A stretch of DNA of 64,000 nucleotides from Hyphomicrobiaceae bacterium (GCA_033764875.1 JANRIO010000011.1:6405-70404), one strand, 5' to 3'. Numbered from the stretch's first letter, positions 19,068 through 28,921 are shown. Made by a program: numbers and translations. Notes: a model not told the origin generated them from the sequence alone.

Positions 19068-20834
19068 TTACTGCGGGCGCATGTCCTTGGGGTCGATGCC
19101 GGCGACGACAACGGGCTTCTTCATGGCGTCGCGCCGGAACGGCTCGCCGAGCTCCTGGTTGAGGATGATCTCGATGAAGGTCGTCTGCCCGGCCTTCTGC
19201 GCCTCGCAGCTCTCCTTCAGCGCCGCCGTCAGCTCGCCTTGCGTGCGCACCACGACGCCCTTGAGGCCGCAGGCCTCCGCCACCTTGGCGTAGCTCAGGT
19301 GCGGATCGAGCTCGGTGCCGACGAAGTTGTCGTCGTACCACAGGATCGAGTTGCGCTTCTCCGCGCCCCACTGGTAGTTGCGGAAGATGCACATGGTGAT
19401 GCCCGGCCACTCCTTGCGCCCGATCGAGCTCATCTCGCTCATGGAGATGCCGAAGGCGCCGTCGCCCGCAAATCCCACGCAGGGCGTATCGGGGTTGCCG
19501 ATCTTGGCGCCGATGATCGAGGGGAAGCCGTAGCCGCACGGCCCGAACAGGCCCGGCGCCAGGTATTTCCGCCCCAGCTCGAAGGTGGGGTAGGCGTTGC
19601 CGATGGCGCAGTTGTTGCCGATGTCGGTGGAGATGATGGCGTCCTTCGGCAGCCCGGCCTGGATGGCGCGCCAGGCTTGCCTGGGCGACATCCGGTCCGC
19701 GTCGCGCTTCCTGGCGTCCGCGTTCCACGTGGTGCCCGGATCGTCGTCCTCGTGATCCATGCTGGAGAGCGTCTGCAGCCACGCCGACTTGGTGGTGTGG
19801 ATCAGCGCCTTGCGCTCGGCTCGTCCGGCGTTGCCGGCGCTCGGCGTCAGCTGGGCGAGAATCTGCTGGGCGACCAGCTTGGCATCGCCGCAGATGCCGA
19901 CGGCCACGGGCTTGGTCAGCCCGATGCGGTCCGCATTGATGTCGACCTGGATGATCTTCGCCGTCTTTGGCCAGTAGTCGATGCCGTAGCCCGGCAGCGT
20001 CGAGAACGGGTTGAGGCGCGTGCCGAGGCACAGCACCACGTCGGCCTTGGCGACCAGCTCCATGGCCGCCTTGGAGCCGTTGTAGCCGAGCGGGCCCACC
20101 GCGAGCGGGTGGCTGCCGGGGAAGCTGTCGTTGTGCTGGTAGTTGTTGCACACCGGCGCGTCGAGCTTCTCGGCCAGCGCCGCCGTCTCGGGGATGGCGC
20201 CCGCCAGCACCACGCCGGCCCCCGACAGGATCGCCGGGAACTTCGCCTCCGACAGCAGCTTCGCCGCCTGTGCGATGGCGTTGGCGCCGCCGGCGGGCCG
20301 CTCGAAGTCGACGATGGCCGGCAGCGTGATGTCGATCACCTGCGTCCAGAAATCGCGCGGGATGTTGATCTGCGCCGGCGCGGAGAGCCGCTTGGCCTTC
20401 GAGATCACCCGGTTCAGCACCTCCGCGACGCGCGAGGCATCGCGCACCTCCTCCTGGTAGCCGACCATGTCGCGGAACAGCGCCATCTGCTCGACCTCCT
20501 GGAAGCCGCCCTGGCCGATGGTCTTGTTGGCCGCCTGCGGCGTGACCAGCAGCATCGGCGTGTGGTTCCAGTAGGCGGTCTTCACCGCGGTCACGAAGCC
20601 GGTGATGCCGGGGCCGTTCTGGGCGATGGCCATGGCGATCTTGCCGGTGGAGCGCGTGTAGCCGTCGCAGATGAGCCCGCCGTTGGTCTCGTGCGCCACG
20701 TCCCAGAAGGTGATGCCGGCCTTGGGGAACAGGTCGGAGATCGGCATGAAGGCCGAGCCGATGATGCCGAACGCATGCTGGATGCCGTGCATCTGCAGCA
20801 CTTTCACGAACGCTTCCTCGGTCGTCATCTTCAT
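19068..20834 (-). CDS. xsc: Sulfoacetaldehyde acetyltransferase (ThDP-dependent)
   Basis: N-terminus MKMTTEEAFVKVLQMHGIQHAFGIIGSAFMPISDLFPKAGITFWDVAHE matches my recollection of Xsc proteins. Length of 588 aa from the M at 20834. ThDP-binding GDGAFG motif. Confidence 0.8.
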   Translation of the reverse strand: MKMTTEEAFVKVLQMHGIQHAFGIIGSAFMPISDLFPKAGITFWDVAHETNGGLICDGYTRSTGKIAMAIAQNGPGITGFVTAVKTAYWNHTPMLLVTPQAANKTIGQGGFQEVEQMALFRDMVGYQEEVRDASRVAEVLNRVISKAKRLSAPAQINIPRDFWTQVIDITLPAIVDFERPAGGANAIAQAAKLLSEAKFPAILSGAGVVLAGAIPETAALAEKLDAPVCNNYQHNDSFPGSHPLAVGPLGYNGSKAAMELVAKADVVLCLGTRLNPFSTLPGYGIDYWPKTAKIIQVDINADRIGLTKPVAVGICGDAKLVAQQILAQLTPSAGNAGRAERKALIHTTKSAWLQTLSSMDHEDDDPGTTWNADARKRDADRMSPRQAWRAIQAGLPKDAIISTDIGNNCAIGNAYPTFELGRKYLAPGLFGPCGYGFPSIIGAKIGNPDTPCVGFAGDGAFGISMSEMSSIGRKEWPGITMCIFRNYQWGAEKRNSILWYDDNFVGTELDPHLSYAKVAEACGLKGVVVRTQGELTAALKESCEAQKAGQTTFIEIILNQELGEPFRRDAMKKPVVVAGIDPKDMRPQ

Positions 20835-21099
20835 CTGAATTGGTCCTCGTTGTGCTAAGGCGCGGGGCAGCGGGATGCGGGCGATGGCGCCCGCTCGCGG
20901 CGCCGTTGCCGTCCCATCCTGCAAAAGACTGGCGATTGTCCGGTGCGGTTGGGACGGCCAGGGGGCCGCTGCCGCAGGGACGGCCCCGACTATATCACGC
21001 CGTCTTTGCCCGCAGCCACCGGGCTGGAAAATTGTCTGTTGCGGCCTGCCTGCCGATCTTCCGTTGTGTGGAATTCGCGGCGCCCGTCCACCCCGCCGG

Positions 21100-21555
21100 T
21101 CAGCTTCGCGCCTCCCGGGGCCGGTTGACCCGCCACGTCGAGGTGGCGGCCACCGTCACCGTGCCCTGCTCGTCGTAGAGGCGCGCCTCCAGGAACGAGA
21201 TGCCGTTGCCCTTGCGGATGAAGTTGGCGACGCAGCGCGCCCTGGCCCCGCGCAGGGGGGCGACGTACTGCGTCTTCAACTCGAGCGTGGAGCCGGATGC
21301 GCCGAGCGTGTGCCAGAGCAGATGCCCCATCGTCACGTCGAGCACGAACGCCGATACGCCGCCGTGCACCCACCCTTGCGGGTTGAACAGGAAGTCGTGG
21401 ATCGGGAACTCGACGGTGAGCGTCTCTGCCTCGTAGTGGTAGGTGAGGCCGAGCAGCCTCGAGAGGAAGAAAGTCTCGAACTCCGGCTTGGAGCTTGCGA
21501 GCGCGTCCTCGAACGCGCGGCGGGCGGCGGTCTCGTCCATCTGGTCCTGTTGCAA
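21100..21555 (-). CDS. PaaI/hotdog-fold acyl-CoA thioesterase
   Basis: NPQGWVHGGVSAFVLDVTMG motif typical of the PaaI family. Confidence 0.7.
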   Translation of the reverse strand: MQQDQMDETAARRAFEDALASSKPEFETFFLSRLLGLTYHYEAETLTVEFPIHDFLFNPQGWVHGGVSAFVLDVTMGHLLWHTLGASGSTLELKTQYVAPLRGARARCVANFIRKGNGISFLEARLYDEQGTVTVAATSTWRVNRPREARS

Positions 21556-21653
21556 TTCGGGAGAGGGGGCGGTTGCAGCGCAGCATCATCGTCCGCGGTC
21601 GCGTCGGCCGCAAGCGCGCTGCCGACACGCGGGCGCGCCCGGCCCGCGGCCGG

Positions 21654-22196
21654 TCATTTGGCCGTGTCGGGAAATCCCGCGCGCATGTAGGCGATCACCG
21701 CCCAGATCTCCTCGCGCGACAGCGTGTCCTTGAACGCCGGCATGCCGCTGTCGAACTGCCGGCCCCCGTCGGCGATGCTCCACAGCAGGTACTCGTCGAC
21801 CGCGATCGGCTTCTGCATCATGAAGGCCAGCAGCGGTGGCGAGGGCAGCAGCGACTGGCTGGAGACCTGCGCACCGAGCCCGGTCTCTCCGTGGCACGAT
21901 GCGCAGTGCTGGCCGTAGATCCTGCCGCCCGCCTCGATCACGGCCCGCGTGCGGGGCGCGGGCGCGCGCGCATCGAGGTAGGTCTGCGGCACGCCGCGCA
22001 GGATGTAGTGCCAGTGGCGGATGCCGGGCAGCCGCAGGGCCCGCGGCAGATTCTGCGTGGCCTCGTCCTTGCTCTTCGGCGACGGCCGCCACAGGTCCGA
22101 GCGCTCGATGGGGGAGGCACCTGCCAGCAGGGACGCGAGCGCCAGCGTCACCAGTGCTGCAAGCCGCCGTCGCATGTTGATCCTCTCAATTTTCAA
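21654..22196 (-). CDS. Exported mono-haem c-type cytochrome
   Basis: Single CASCHG haem-binding motif. Signal peptide RRRLAALVTLALASLLAGA. A distal Met candidate in GMPAF. Confidence 0.75.
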   Translation of the reverse strand: MKIERINMRRRLAALVTLALASLLAGASPIERSDLWRPSPKSKDEATQNLPRALRLPGIRHWHYILRGVPQTYLDARAPAPRTRAVIEAGGRIYGQHCASCHGETGLGAQVSSQSLLPSPPLLAFMMQKPIAVDEYLLWSIADGGRQFDSGMPAFKDTLSREEIWAVIAYMRAGFPDTAK

Positions 22197-22319
22197 CCCG
22201 CTGCACCTTTAGCGCAAGCCTCGCCCATGCGCGACCTCGATCCGTTTGATTTTCGTCAACGCCGCCCATAGGCGCCGGCGCTATCTGGACATCCGAGGTT
22301 GCTGAGAGGAGATCTAGCC

Positions 22320-22814
22320 ATGGCAAACATTGAGCCATCCAAGCAGGGCCGCCCCGCACTTCGCTCGCGTGATCTTTTGGGCTCCCTGCGCGACGAGATG
22401 GATCGCGTGTTCGAGCAGTTCGATCGGGGCTGGGGCCTGCCGTCCCTGTTCGCCGGCGCCGGCGGAGCCGCTGCCGTAGTCCCGCAGTTCGACATCCGCG
22501 ACGACGGCAAGTCGCTCACCATCGAGGCCGAGCTGCCGGGCGTCGACGAGAAGGACGTCACCGTCTCGCTTGCCGACGGCGTCCTCGTCGTCAAGGGCGA
22601 GAAGAGGCAGGAGCGCGAGGAGAAGAAGGACAACTACTACCTGTCCGAGCGCGCCTTTGGCAGCTTCGAGCGTGCGCTCCGCATGCCCGACTGGATCGAC
22701 GACAGCAAGGTCGAGGCGCACTTCGACAAGGGCGTCCTCAAGATCATGGCGCCCAAGAAGCCCGACGCGGTCAAGTCCGAGCGCCAGATCGAGATCAAGA
22801 AGCCGCAGGCCTGA
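22320..22814 (+). CDS. Small heat-shock protein, Hsp20/alpha-crystallin family
   Basis: Alpha-crystallin domain (FDIRDDGKSLTIEAELPGVDEKDVTVSLADGVLVVKGEK...SFERALRMP...GVLKI). GAGAGGAG SD lies 8 nt before the ATG at 22320. Confidence 0.9.
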   Translation: MANIEPSKQGRPALRSRDLLGSLRDEMDRVFEQFDRGWGLPSLFAGAGGAAAVVPQFDIRDDGKSLTIEAELPGVDEKDVTVSLADGVLVVKGEKRQEREEKKDNYYLSERAFGSFERALRMPDWIDDSKVEAHFDKGVLKIMAPKKPDAVKSERQIEIKKPQA

Positions 22815-23097
22815 TTGAGGGCCCGCGCTTTGCGCGCCCCCCGGCCCATCTCTCCACGCTCCGACGCGTGCCAGCGTTGCGGTGCGGGCCGGGGGGTGTG
22901 CATTTGCATTCTCCCTGCCACATCCCTCCCGGGGGGCATGCCCCGGGGGGGCAGAGCGTGCGCTCAGTATACGTATCGGCTCGCTGCCCCTTTGCTCCCT
23001 CGCCATGGCATTGGGGGCGGGCCATCCCCTGTGCTATGATGCATTGCGAAAAGCCCCGAGATCGCCTCGGGTCCGCAAGCCGCCGGCACGAGGGCTG

Positions 23098-23856
23098 ATG
23101 ACCACGACGCCCAACGAAGACCGCAAGACATTGATCCTTACCGGGGCCTCGCGCGGCATCGGCCACGCGACGGTCAAGCGCTTTGCCTCTGCCGGCTGGC
23201 GCGTCATCACCTGCTCCCGGCACGGCTTTCCCGAGAATTGCCCGTGGGAGGCCGGTCCCGAGGATCACATCCAGGTCGACCTGTCCGACGCCGGCTCCAC
23301 CGAGCTTGCCATCGACGAGATGCGGCAGCGTCTCAAGGCCCAGGGCGGCCGCCTCAACGCCCTGGTCAACAACGCGGCCATCTCGCCCAAGGGGGCAGGC
23401 GGCTCGCGGCTCGGCACCATCGAGACGCCCCTGGCCGACTGGCAGCACGTGTTCCAGGTCAATTTCTTCGCCCCCATCATGCTGGCGCGCGGGCTGATCG
23501 AGGAGTTGCAGCGCGCGCGCGGCGCCGTCGTCAACGTCAGCTCCATCGCCGGCAGCCGGGTGCATCCCTTCGCGGGGGCCGCCTACGCCACCTCGAAGGC
23601 GGCGCTGGCCGGCCTCACGCGCGAGATGGCGCACGATTTCGGCCCGCGCGGCATCAGGGTGAATGCCATCTCCCCCGGCGAGATCGACACCTCCATCCTC
23701 TCGCCCGGCACCCAGAAGATCGTGGAGGAGAACATTCCGCTGGGCCGCCTGGGCGAGCCCCAGGAGGTGGCCAAGGCCATCTACTTCCTGTGCACGGAGC
23801 AGTCGAGCTACGTGAACGGCGCCGAGCTGCACATCAACGGCGGCCAGCACGTCTGA
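23098..23856 (+). CDS. Short-chain dehydrogenase/reductase (SDR)
   Basis: TGASRGIGHA, NNAA and YATSKAA motifs. ATG at 23098 inside the track ORF 22882-23856. Confidence 0.85.
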   Translation: MTTTPNEDRKTLILTGASRGIGHATVKRFASAGWRVITCSRHGFPENCPWEAGPEDHIQVDLSDAGSTELAIDEMRQRLKAQGGRLNALVNNAAISPKGAGGSRLGTIETPLADWQHVFQVNFFAPIMLARGLIEELQRARGAVVNVSSIAGSRVHPFAGAAYATSKAALAGLTREMAHDFGPRGIRVNAISPGEIDTSILSPGTQKIVEENIPLGRLGEPQEVAKAIYFLCTEQSSYVNGAELHINGGQHV

Positions 23857-24193
23857 CGGCCGGGAGGCCGCGGCTGGTCGAGAATGACGCCGACCCGGCA
23901 GCGGCGCAGGCCGCGACGGTCGCGGCCGGATGCCCGCGCTGGCGGGCACCGCGCAGGCGCGCAGTGGATCGCGGGCGTTGTCGAGGGCTCAAGCGGCCGG
24001 CCGCGGGCGGGGCTCGCGATTGGCCATGCAATTCAACGCGCCGCCATCAGCGCCAGGCGCAGGGCGGCGACGGCTCCCCCGCGACCTTCGCTTGCGGCCG
24101 GTGCCGCGGACCGCTATAAGGCGGCCTCGCTGCCTTCTGAAGGCGGGGCAGCGGAGGGCTGTTGCGGCCCGTTGAGAGCCTGCGACGGTCGGG

Positions 24194-24270
24194 CGGAGCG
24201 TAGCGCAGCCTGGTAGCGCACCTGCTTCGGGAGCAGGGGGTCGGGAGTTCGAATCTCCCCGCTCCGACCA
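24194..24270 (+). tRNA. tRNA-Pro (anticodon CGG)
   Basis: Cloverleaf read by hand: acceptor CGGAGCG/CGCTCCG, D-arm GCGC/GCGC, anticodon stem CCTGC/GCAGG with loop TTCGGGA, T-arm GGGAG-TTCGAAT-CTCCC, encoded CCA. Confidence 0.9.
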
Positions 24271-24360
24271 ATACTTAGCTCGCCCGTTCAGGCTGCCCGA
24301 GCCGCGGGCCCAATTGGCCGCCCGAAGGGCGTGAAGCCCGCAGCCCACCTTTCGTCCGGG

Positions 24361-25290
24361 TCATTCGGGACCTCCCTGAAGCGCAGATGCCAGATAGACA
24401 GCAAGAACGGCGAGCAGCATGGCTCCGCGCCAACGGTCGATAATGCCGGAGCGGGGCGGGTACGTGATGGCGACTGCGACGAGGCCGAGAACGAGAGAAG
24501 GGGCGGCGGCGACAAAGGCGACATCGATGGGCGTAATCGTCGCCGCCACGCCGATGATGAACAGCCCGTTGAAGATGTTGCTGCCGAGAACGGTACCCAG
24601 CCCGACCTCGTCATGACCGCGCACGCGCGAGATGATTGCCGTGGCCAGCTCGGGCACGGATGTGCCGATGGCCACGATGGTGGCCCCGATCACGAACGCG
24701 CTGAGGCCGAAGGCTTGGGCGATGCCGGTCGCGCCGAGCACGATCAGGTTGCCGGCGGCGATCAGCAGGGCGAGGCCGATGGCGCTCTCCACGATCGCAC
24801 GCACGGGCCGCGTCTCGCCGAGCACCTCCGGCGCCGCGCTGCGCTCCGAGCGCGCCTCAAGCGCCACCGCGACCAGCCAGACTGCAAAGCCCGCCAACAG
24901 CATGACACCCTCGATCCTCGAGAGATGGCCGTCCACGAGCAGTGCCCCAATCACGACGCTGACCAGCAGGGCGACGGGAAAGTCGCGCCGGACATTGCTG
25001 CGGCGCGCCGTGATCGGCGCGATGAGAACGGCCAGTGCCAGGATCAGTGCCACGTTGATGACGTTGCTACCGAGCGCGTCGCCGAGCGAGATCTGGGGGG
25101 CCCCGGCGAGCGCCGAGTTGATCGCAACCGTCAATTCCGGGCTCGACGTGGCAAAGGCTGCAACCGTGGCGGCGATGATCCCCGGCGAGATGCGGGCGGC
25201 CCGCGCCAGCCCAATGGTGCCGCGCACGAACAGCTCTCCGCCCGCGCCTGCGCAGACGAGGCCGATCAGCATCACCAGGTACATGTTCAT
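24361..25290 (-). CDS. Ca2+/Na+ antiporter, CaCA family (YrbG-like)
   Basis: Two internal alpha-repeats (GDALGSNVINV and GTVLGSNIFNG) in a roughly 10-TM protein. Confidence 0.8.
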   Translation of the reverse strand: MNMYLVMLIGLVCAGAGGELFVRGTIGLARAARISPGIIAATVAAFATSSPELTVAINSALAGAPQISLGDALGSNVINVALILALAVLIAPITARRSNVRRDFPVALLVSVVIGALLVDGHLSRIEGVMLLAGFAVWLVAVALEARSERSAAPEVLGETRPVRAIVESAIGLALLIAAGNLIVLGATGIAQAFGLSAFVIGATIVAIGTSVPELATAIISRVRGHDEVGLGTVLGSNIFNGLFIIGVAATITPIDVAFVAAAPSLVLGLVAVAITYPPRSGIIDRWRGAMLLAVLAVYLASALQGGPE

Positions 25291-25483
25291 CGGCGTGTCC
25301 CCGCGTCGGCGTGCAGTCGCGCATTCGACCTGTGTGGGCGATCCGCAGGACCGCTCCCCCGCGACCGGAGGTGCATGCCGAGACGTCCCGCGTCATGGAC
25401 CGGACATGCCCCGCGCGATGCCGCCGAGCAGCGGCCTGCCGCAGCGCATTGAGGAGCGCGGCGACGGCGCCAGGTGGCCATGG

Positions 25484-27169
25484 TCACAGATAGGCAAGAA
25501 TGAGATAGGCGCCCAGCATCACGGTCGTCCAGAATGCCATCGTGCCCGTCGGCCATGTGCGGCCGAAGACCCCCCCGGGTCCATGGTGCCGATGAAGGCC
25601 GCCATTGATCGCCTTCCCGGCACGGCCGATCCACGAGACGAGGCGGATCCAGGCGCGCCCGCTCCTGTCGTCGATCCCGTGTGCCACACCGCGTCCCAGT
25701 CGCCGCCACAGCCAATCGACATCGAGCGTGATCGTCATCGTGCGCTTGAGCATGCCCAGCATCAGGAAGAATGCGAGCCCCGAGAACAGCAGCAACTGCA
25801 GCTGCCCGAGGACGTGGCTCGCCGTGTAGGGCACGTAGTCGACCTTGAATGGCAGCAGCGCGTAGAGCGGGTCGGGGTAGACCCCGATCCCGATGCACAG
25901 GATCGAGCAAAGGATCATCGCGGCGCGCATGTTCCAAGGCGGGTCGTCCGGCCGCAGGCCGGAGTCCTTCTGGAAGAACACGAACCACGGGAACTTGATG
26001 CCGGCGTGCAGGAACACGCCCGCCGAGCCGGCCGCAAGCAGGAGCCAGACGCTCGCCAGATGCTGCTGCGCCGCGCCCTCGCTGATCATGGATTTCGAGA
26101 TGAAGCCAGAGGTCAGCGGGAAGGACGAGATCGACAGCGCGCCAATGATGCCGCAGATCGTCGTGACCGGCATCGTGCGGAACAAGCCGCCGAGGTCGGT
26201 GCATTTGCGCTTGCCCGTCATGTAGAGCACGGAGCCGGCCGACATCAGCAGCAGCGCCTTGTAGATGATGTGCGTGAAGGCGTGTGCAGCGGCGCCGTTG
26301 AGCGCCATCTCCGTGCCGATGCCGATCCCCGCCACCATGAAGCCGACCTGGTTGACGATCGAGTAGGCAAGGATGCGGCGCATGTCGTTCTCGAGGATCG
26401 CGTAGATGATCCCGTAGAGCATCATGGCGAGGCCGACCCAGATCAGCAGCTCCGTGCCGGGAAAGCCCCTCAGGAGGACATAGACCGCCGTCTTCGTGGT
26501 GAATGCCGACAGGAACACCATGCCGGACCAGGAAGCTTCAGGATAGGCGTCGGGAAGCCATGCCGAGAGCGGTGTCGCCGCGGCGTTGATCAGGAACCCG
26601 GCCAGGATCAGGCAGCGCGGGAGCGTGCTGAGGTCCATCCTCTCGAAGCTGGTCGAGCCCGTTGCAGATATCTCGCCGGCCAGTCCTGCCATGAGCAGCA
26701 CGCCGCCGAACATATGCATGACGGCATAGCGCAACCCGGCGGCGCGGGCGTTGGGTCCGCTCGACCACACCACGAGCGTGGACGCGATCGCCATCAGCTC
26801 CCAGAAGACGAACACGGTGATGAGATCGCCGGCAAGGCAGACGCCGATGGCGCTGCCGGAGTAGACGAAAGCGGAGGCCAGCTCGATCGTCCTCGGCTGA
26901 TTGAGTGCAAACAGCGCGCCTGCGAGCGCCATCAGCGCAAACACCACGGCAAACAGCCGCGAGAGCTTGTCGCCTTTGACGAGGACCAGGTCCTGCCCGA
27001 GGAATTGCGACTTGAGTGCCACGCCATCCGGGACCTGCCAGACCAGCCACAAGGTCAAGGCTGGCAGCAGCAGCAGCGCCAAGGCGCGCCAGCTGCCTTT
27101 CAGCAGCGGCAGCAACAGCCCGCCGGCCATCAGCAGCAGCGCGGGCGGGAGGAGAATGCTACTCGTCAT
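25484..27169 (-). CDS. mrpD: Mrp/Nuo antiporter-like subunit, third MrpD/NuoN-type paralog (with a C-terminal extension)
   Basis: Proton-conducting membrane transporter fold (VFVFWELMAIASTLVVW...). Last gene of the coupled cluster. Confidence 0.75.
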   Translation of the reverse strand: MTSSILLPPALLLMAGGLLLPLLKGSWRALALLLLPALTLWLVWQVPDGVALKSQFLGQDLVLVKGDKLSRLFAVVFALMALAGALFALNQPRTIELASAFVYSGSAIGVCLAGDLITVFVFWELMAIASTLVVWSSGPNARAAGLRYAVMHMFGGVLLMAGLAGEISATGSTSFERMDLSTLPRCLILAGFLINAAATPLSAWLPDAYPEASWSGMVFLSAFTTKTAVYVLLRGFPGTELLIWVGLAMMLYGIIYAILENDMRRILAYSIVNQVGFMVAGIGIGTEMALNGAAAHAFTHIIYKALLLMSAGSVLYMTGKRKCTDLGGLFRTMPVTTICGIIGALSISSFPLTSGFISKSMISEGAAQQHLASVWLLLAAGSAGVFLHAGIKFPWFVFFQKDSGLRPDDPPWNMRAAMILCSILCIGIGVYPDPLYALLPFKVDYVPYTASHVLGQLQLLLFSGLAFFLMLGMLKRTMTITLDVDWLWRRLGRGVAHGIDDRSGRAWIRLVSWIGRAGKAINGGLHRHHGPGGVFGRTWPTGTMAFWTTVMLGAYLILAYL

Positions 27170-27416
27170 AGTAGGTATCCGGCCGCTTCAGGATCACACC
27201 CAGCGCTTTCGCGAGCAGCACCAGCCCGACGCAGGCCCCCAGGCCGTACCAGGCGGCAAACCCGAACAGTGCATCGAGACGGAAGTGGGGATGGTGCGGC
27301 ACGACCAGGTCGAGCAGCACGAGCACGGCCAGCACCAGCAGCCCGCCCGTCCACAGCAGCCTGATCGTGCTCGGCCGCACCAGCCAATGGTCGCCATCCT
27401 TGTCGGTCATGCTCAC
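27159..27416 (-). CDS. Small (85 aa) two-TM membrane protein embedded in the Mrp-like operon
   Basis: ATGA overlap with the upstream D-like gene and an 11-nt overlap with the downstream one. Two hydrophobic helices. No family recognised. Confidence 0.55.
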   Translation of the reverse strand: MSMTDKDGDHWLVRPSTIRLLWTGGLLVLAVLVLLDLVVPHHPHFRLDALFGFAAWYGLGACVGLVLLAKALGVILKRPDTYYDE

Positions 27417-28921
27417 CGTCCCATCATCATCTCGGCCAGCGTCAGCGGTATGCCGGCGAGGAAGAACAGCGCCACGGTCATCAGCGCCGTGGCCGACAAG
27501 GCAATGACGATCGGCAGCGGCGCCTCGCCGTGGTCGCGATGGCCATGGGGGTTGGGCGCGGCTCCGGCTGCATACGCCTCAAGCGGCCGCGGCGCGACGA
27601 AGAAGGCGCGGTACACGATCGGCAGGAAATAGGCTGCGTTCAGGATCGTGCTTGCGATGATGACCCCGACCGGGAGCCACTGGCCCGTCTGCATCGCCCC
27701 CTGCAGCATGAACCACTTGCCGAGGAACCCGGCGGTCGGGGGCAGCCCGATCATGCCGAGGGCTCCGATGGCGAACGCGGTCATGGTCCACGGCATCACC
27801 CTGCCGATGCCGTCGAGCTCGCTGATCTCGGTCTTGTGGGCGGCGGTGTAGATGCTGCCGGCTGCGAAGAACAGCGTGATCTTGGCGACGGCATGCGCCG
27901 CGATGTGCATGGCCGCGCCGACGGCGGAGATGGGCGTCAGAATGGCGGCGCCGAGGACGACATACGACAGTTGCGACACCGTCGAGTAGGCGAGGAGCTT
28001 CTTCAGGTTGTCCTGCCGCAGCGCCACCAGCGAGGCGACGATCACAGTCGCGCCGGCCGCGACCACGAGCCACTGTGCCGCGCCGGCATTGGCGAGCGTC
28101 TCGATGCCGAACACGTAGACGATCACCTTCAGCACGGTGAACACGCCGGCCTTGACGACCGCGACCGCGTGCAGGAGCGCGCTCACCGGTGTCGGCGCCA
28201 CCATGGCGGCCGGCAGCCAGAAGTGGAACGGCATCAGCGCCGCCTTGCCGATGCCGAACACGTAGAGCGCCAGCAGCAGGCCGAGGAGACCGGCGCCGGC
28301 TGTACCGGCAAGAATGCCGCCCGGCTTGAAGTCCAGCGTCCCCGCCAGCACGCCCGTCGCGACGATGGCCGGCAGCAGCAGCACCATCGACGTGCCAAGC
28401 AGCAGCATCAGGTAGACGCGGCCGGCGCGCATCGCCTCCCGCGTCGCCTTGTGCGTGACGAGGGGGTAGGTCGAAAGCGTCAGCGCCTCGTAGAACACGA
28501 ACAGCGTGAACAGGTTCTTCGCGAAGGCGATGCCCATGGTCGCCGCGATGGCCACCGCAAAGCAGACGTAGAATGAGGTCTGTCGCGGCTCGTCGTTGCC
28601 GCGCATGTAGCCGATCGAGTAGATCGAGTTGACGATCCACAGTGAGCCGGCCACCAGGGCGAACAGCATGCCGAGCGGCTCGACCTTGAAGGCGAGCTCG
28701 AGGCCGGGCCCGACGCGGAGCGGCGTCAGCTCCGGGCGCGCGCCGGCGAGCACATGCGGCAGCAGGCTCCAGACCACGAAGGCGAGCTTGGCTGCCGTGA
28801 TGACCGTGACGGCCTCTCGCAGGTTCGGCACGCGGTGGAAGAGCGGCAGCAACAGCGCCGCGCCCAACGGCAGGATCAGCGCCAGAGCCAGCAGCAGCTC
28901 GGGGGTGAGCGCAGGGATCAT
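27413..28921 (-). CDS. mrpD: Mrp/Nuo antiporter-like subunit, second paralog (MrpD/MrpA-core/NuoL-M-like)
   Basis: LFVFYEALTLSTYPLV motif. ATG at 28921 within the 1025-aa track ORF. ATGA overlap with the upstream gene. Confidence 0.75.
   Translation of the reverse strand: MIPALTPELLLALALILPLGAALLLPLFHRVPNLREAVTVITAAKLAFVVWSLLPHVLAGARPELTPLRVGPGLELAFKVEPLGMLFALVAGSLWIVNSIYSIGYMRGNDEPRQTSFYVCFAVAIAATMGIAFAKNLFTLFVFYEALTLSTYPLVTHKATREAMRAGRVYLMLLLGTSMVLLLPAIVATGVLAGTLDFKPGGILAGTAGAGLLGLLLALYVFGIGKAALMPFHFWLPAAMVAPTPVSALLHAVAVVKAGVFTVLKVIVYVFGIETLANAGAAQWLVVAAGATVIVASLVALRQDNLKKLLAYSTVSQLSYVVLGAAILTPISAVGAAMHIAAHAVAKITLFFAAGSIYTAAHKTEISELDGIGRVMPWTMTAFAIGALGMIGLPPTAGFLGKWFMLQGAMQTGQWLPVGVIIASTILNAAYFLPIVYRAFFVAPRPLEAYAAGAAPNPHGHRDHGEAPLPIVIALSATALMTVALFFLAGIPLTLAEMMMGR

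Noticed and set aside
24194-25300. tRNA-Pro as the attachment site of an integrated element or prophage
   Set aside because: No integrase, excisionase or phage genes follow the tRNA. I found no repeat of the tRNA 3' end downstream, and there is no visible compositional break.
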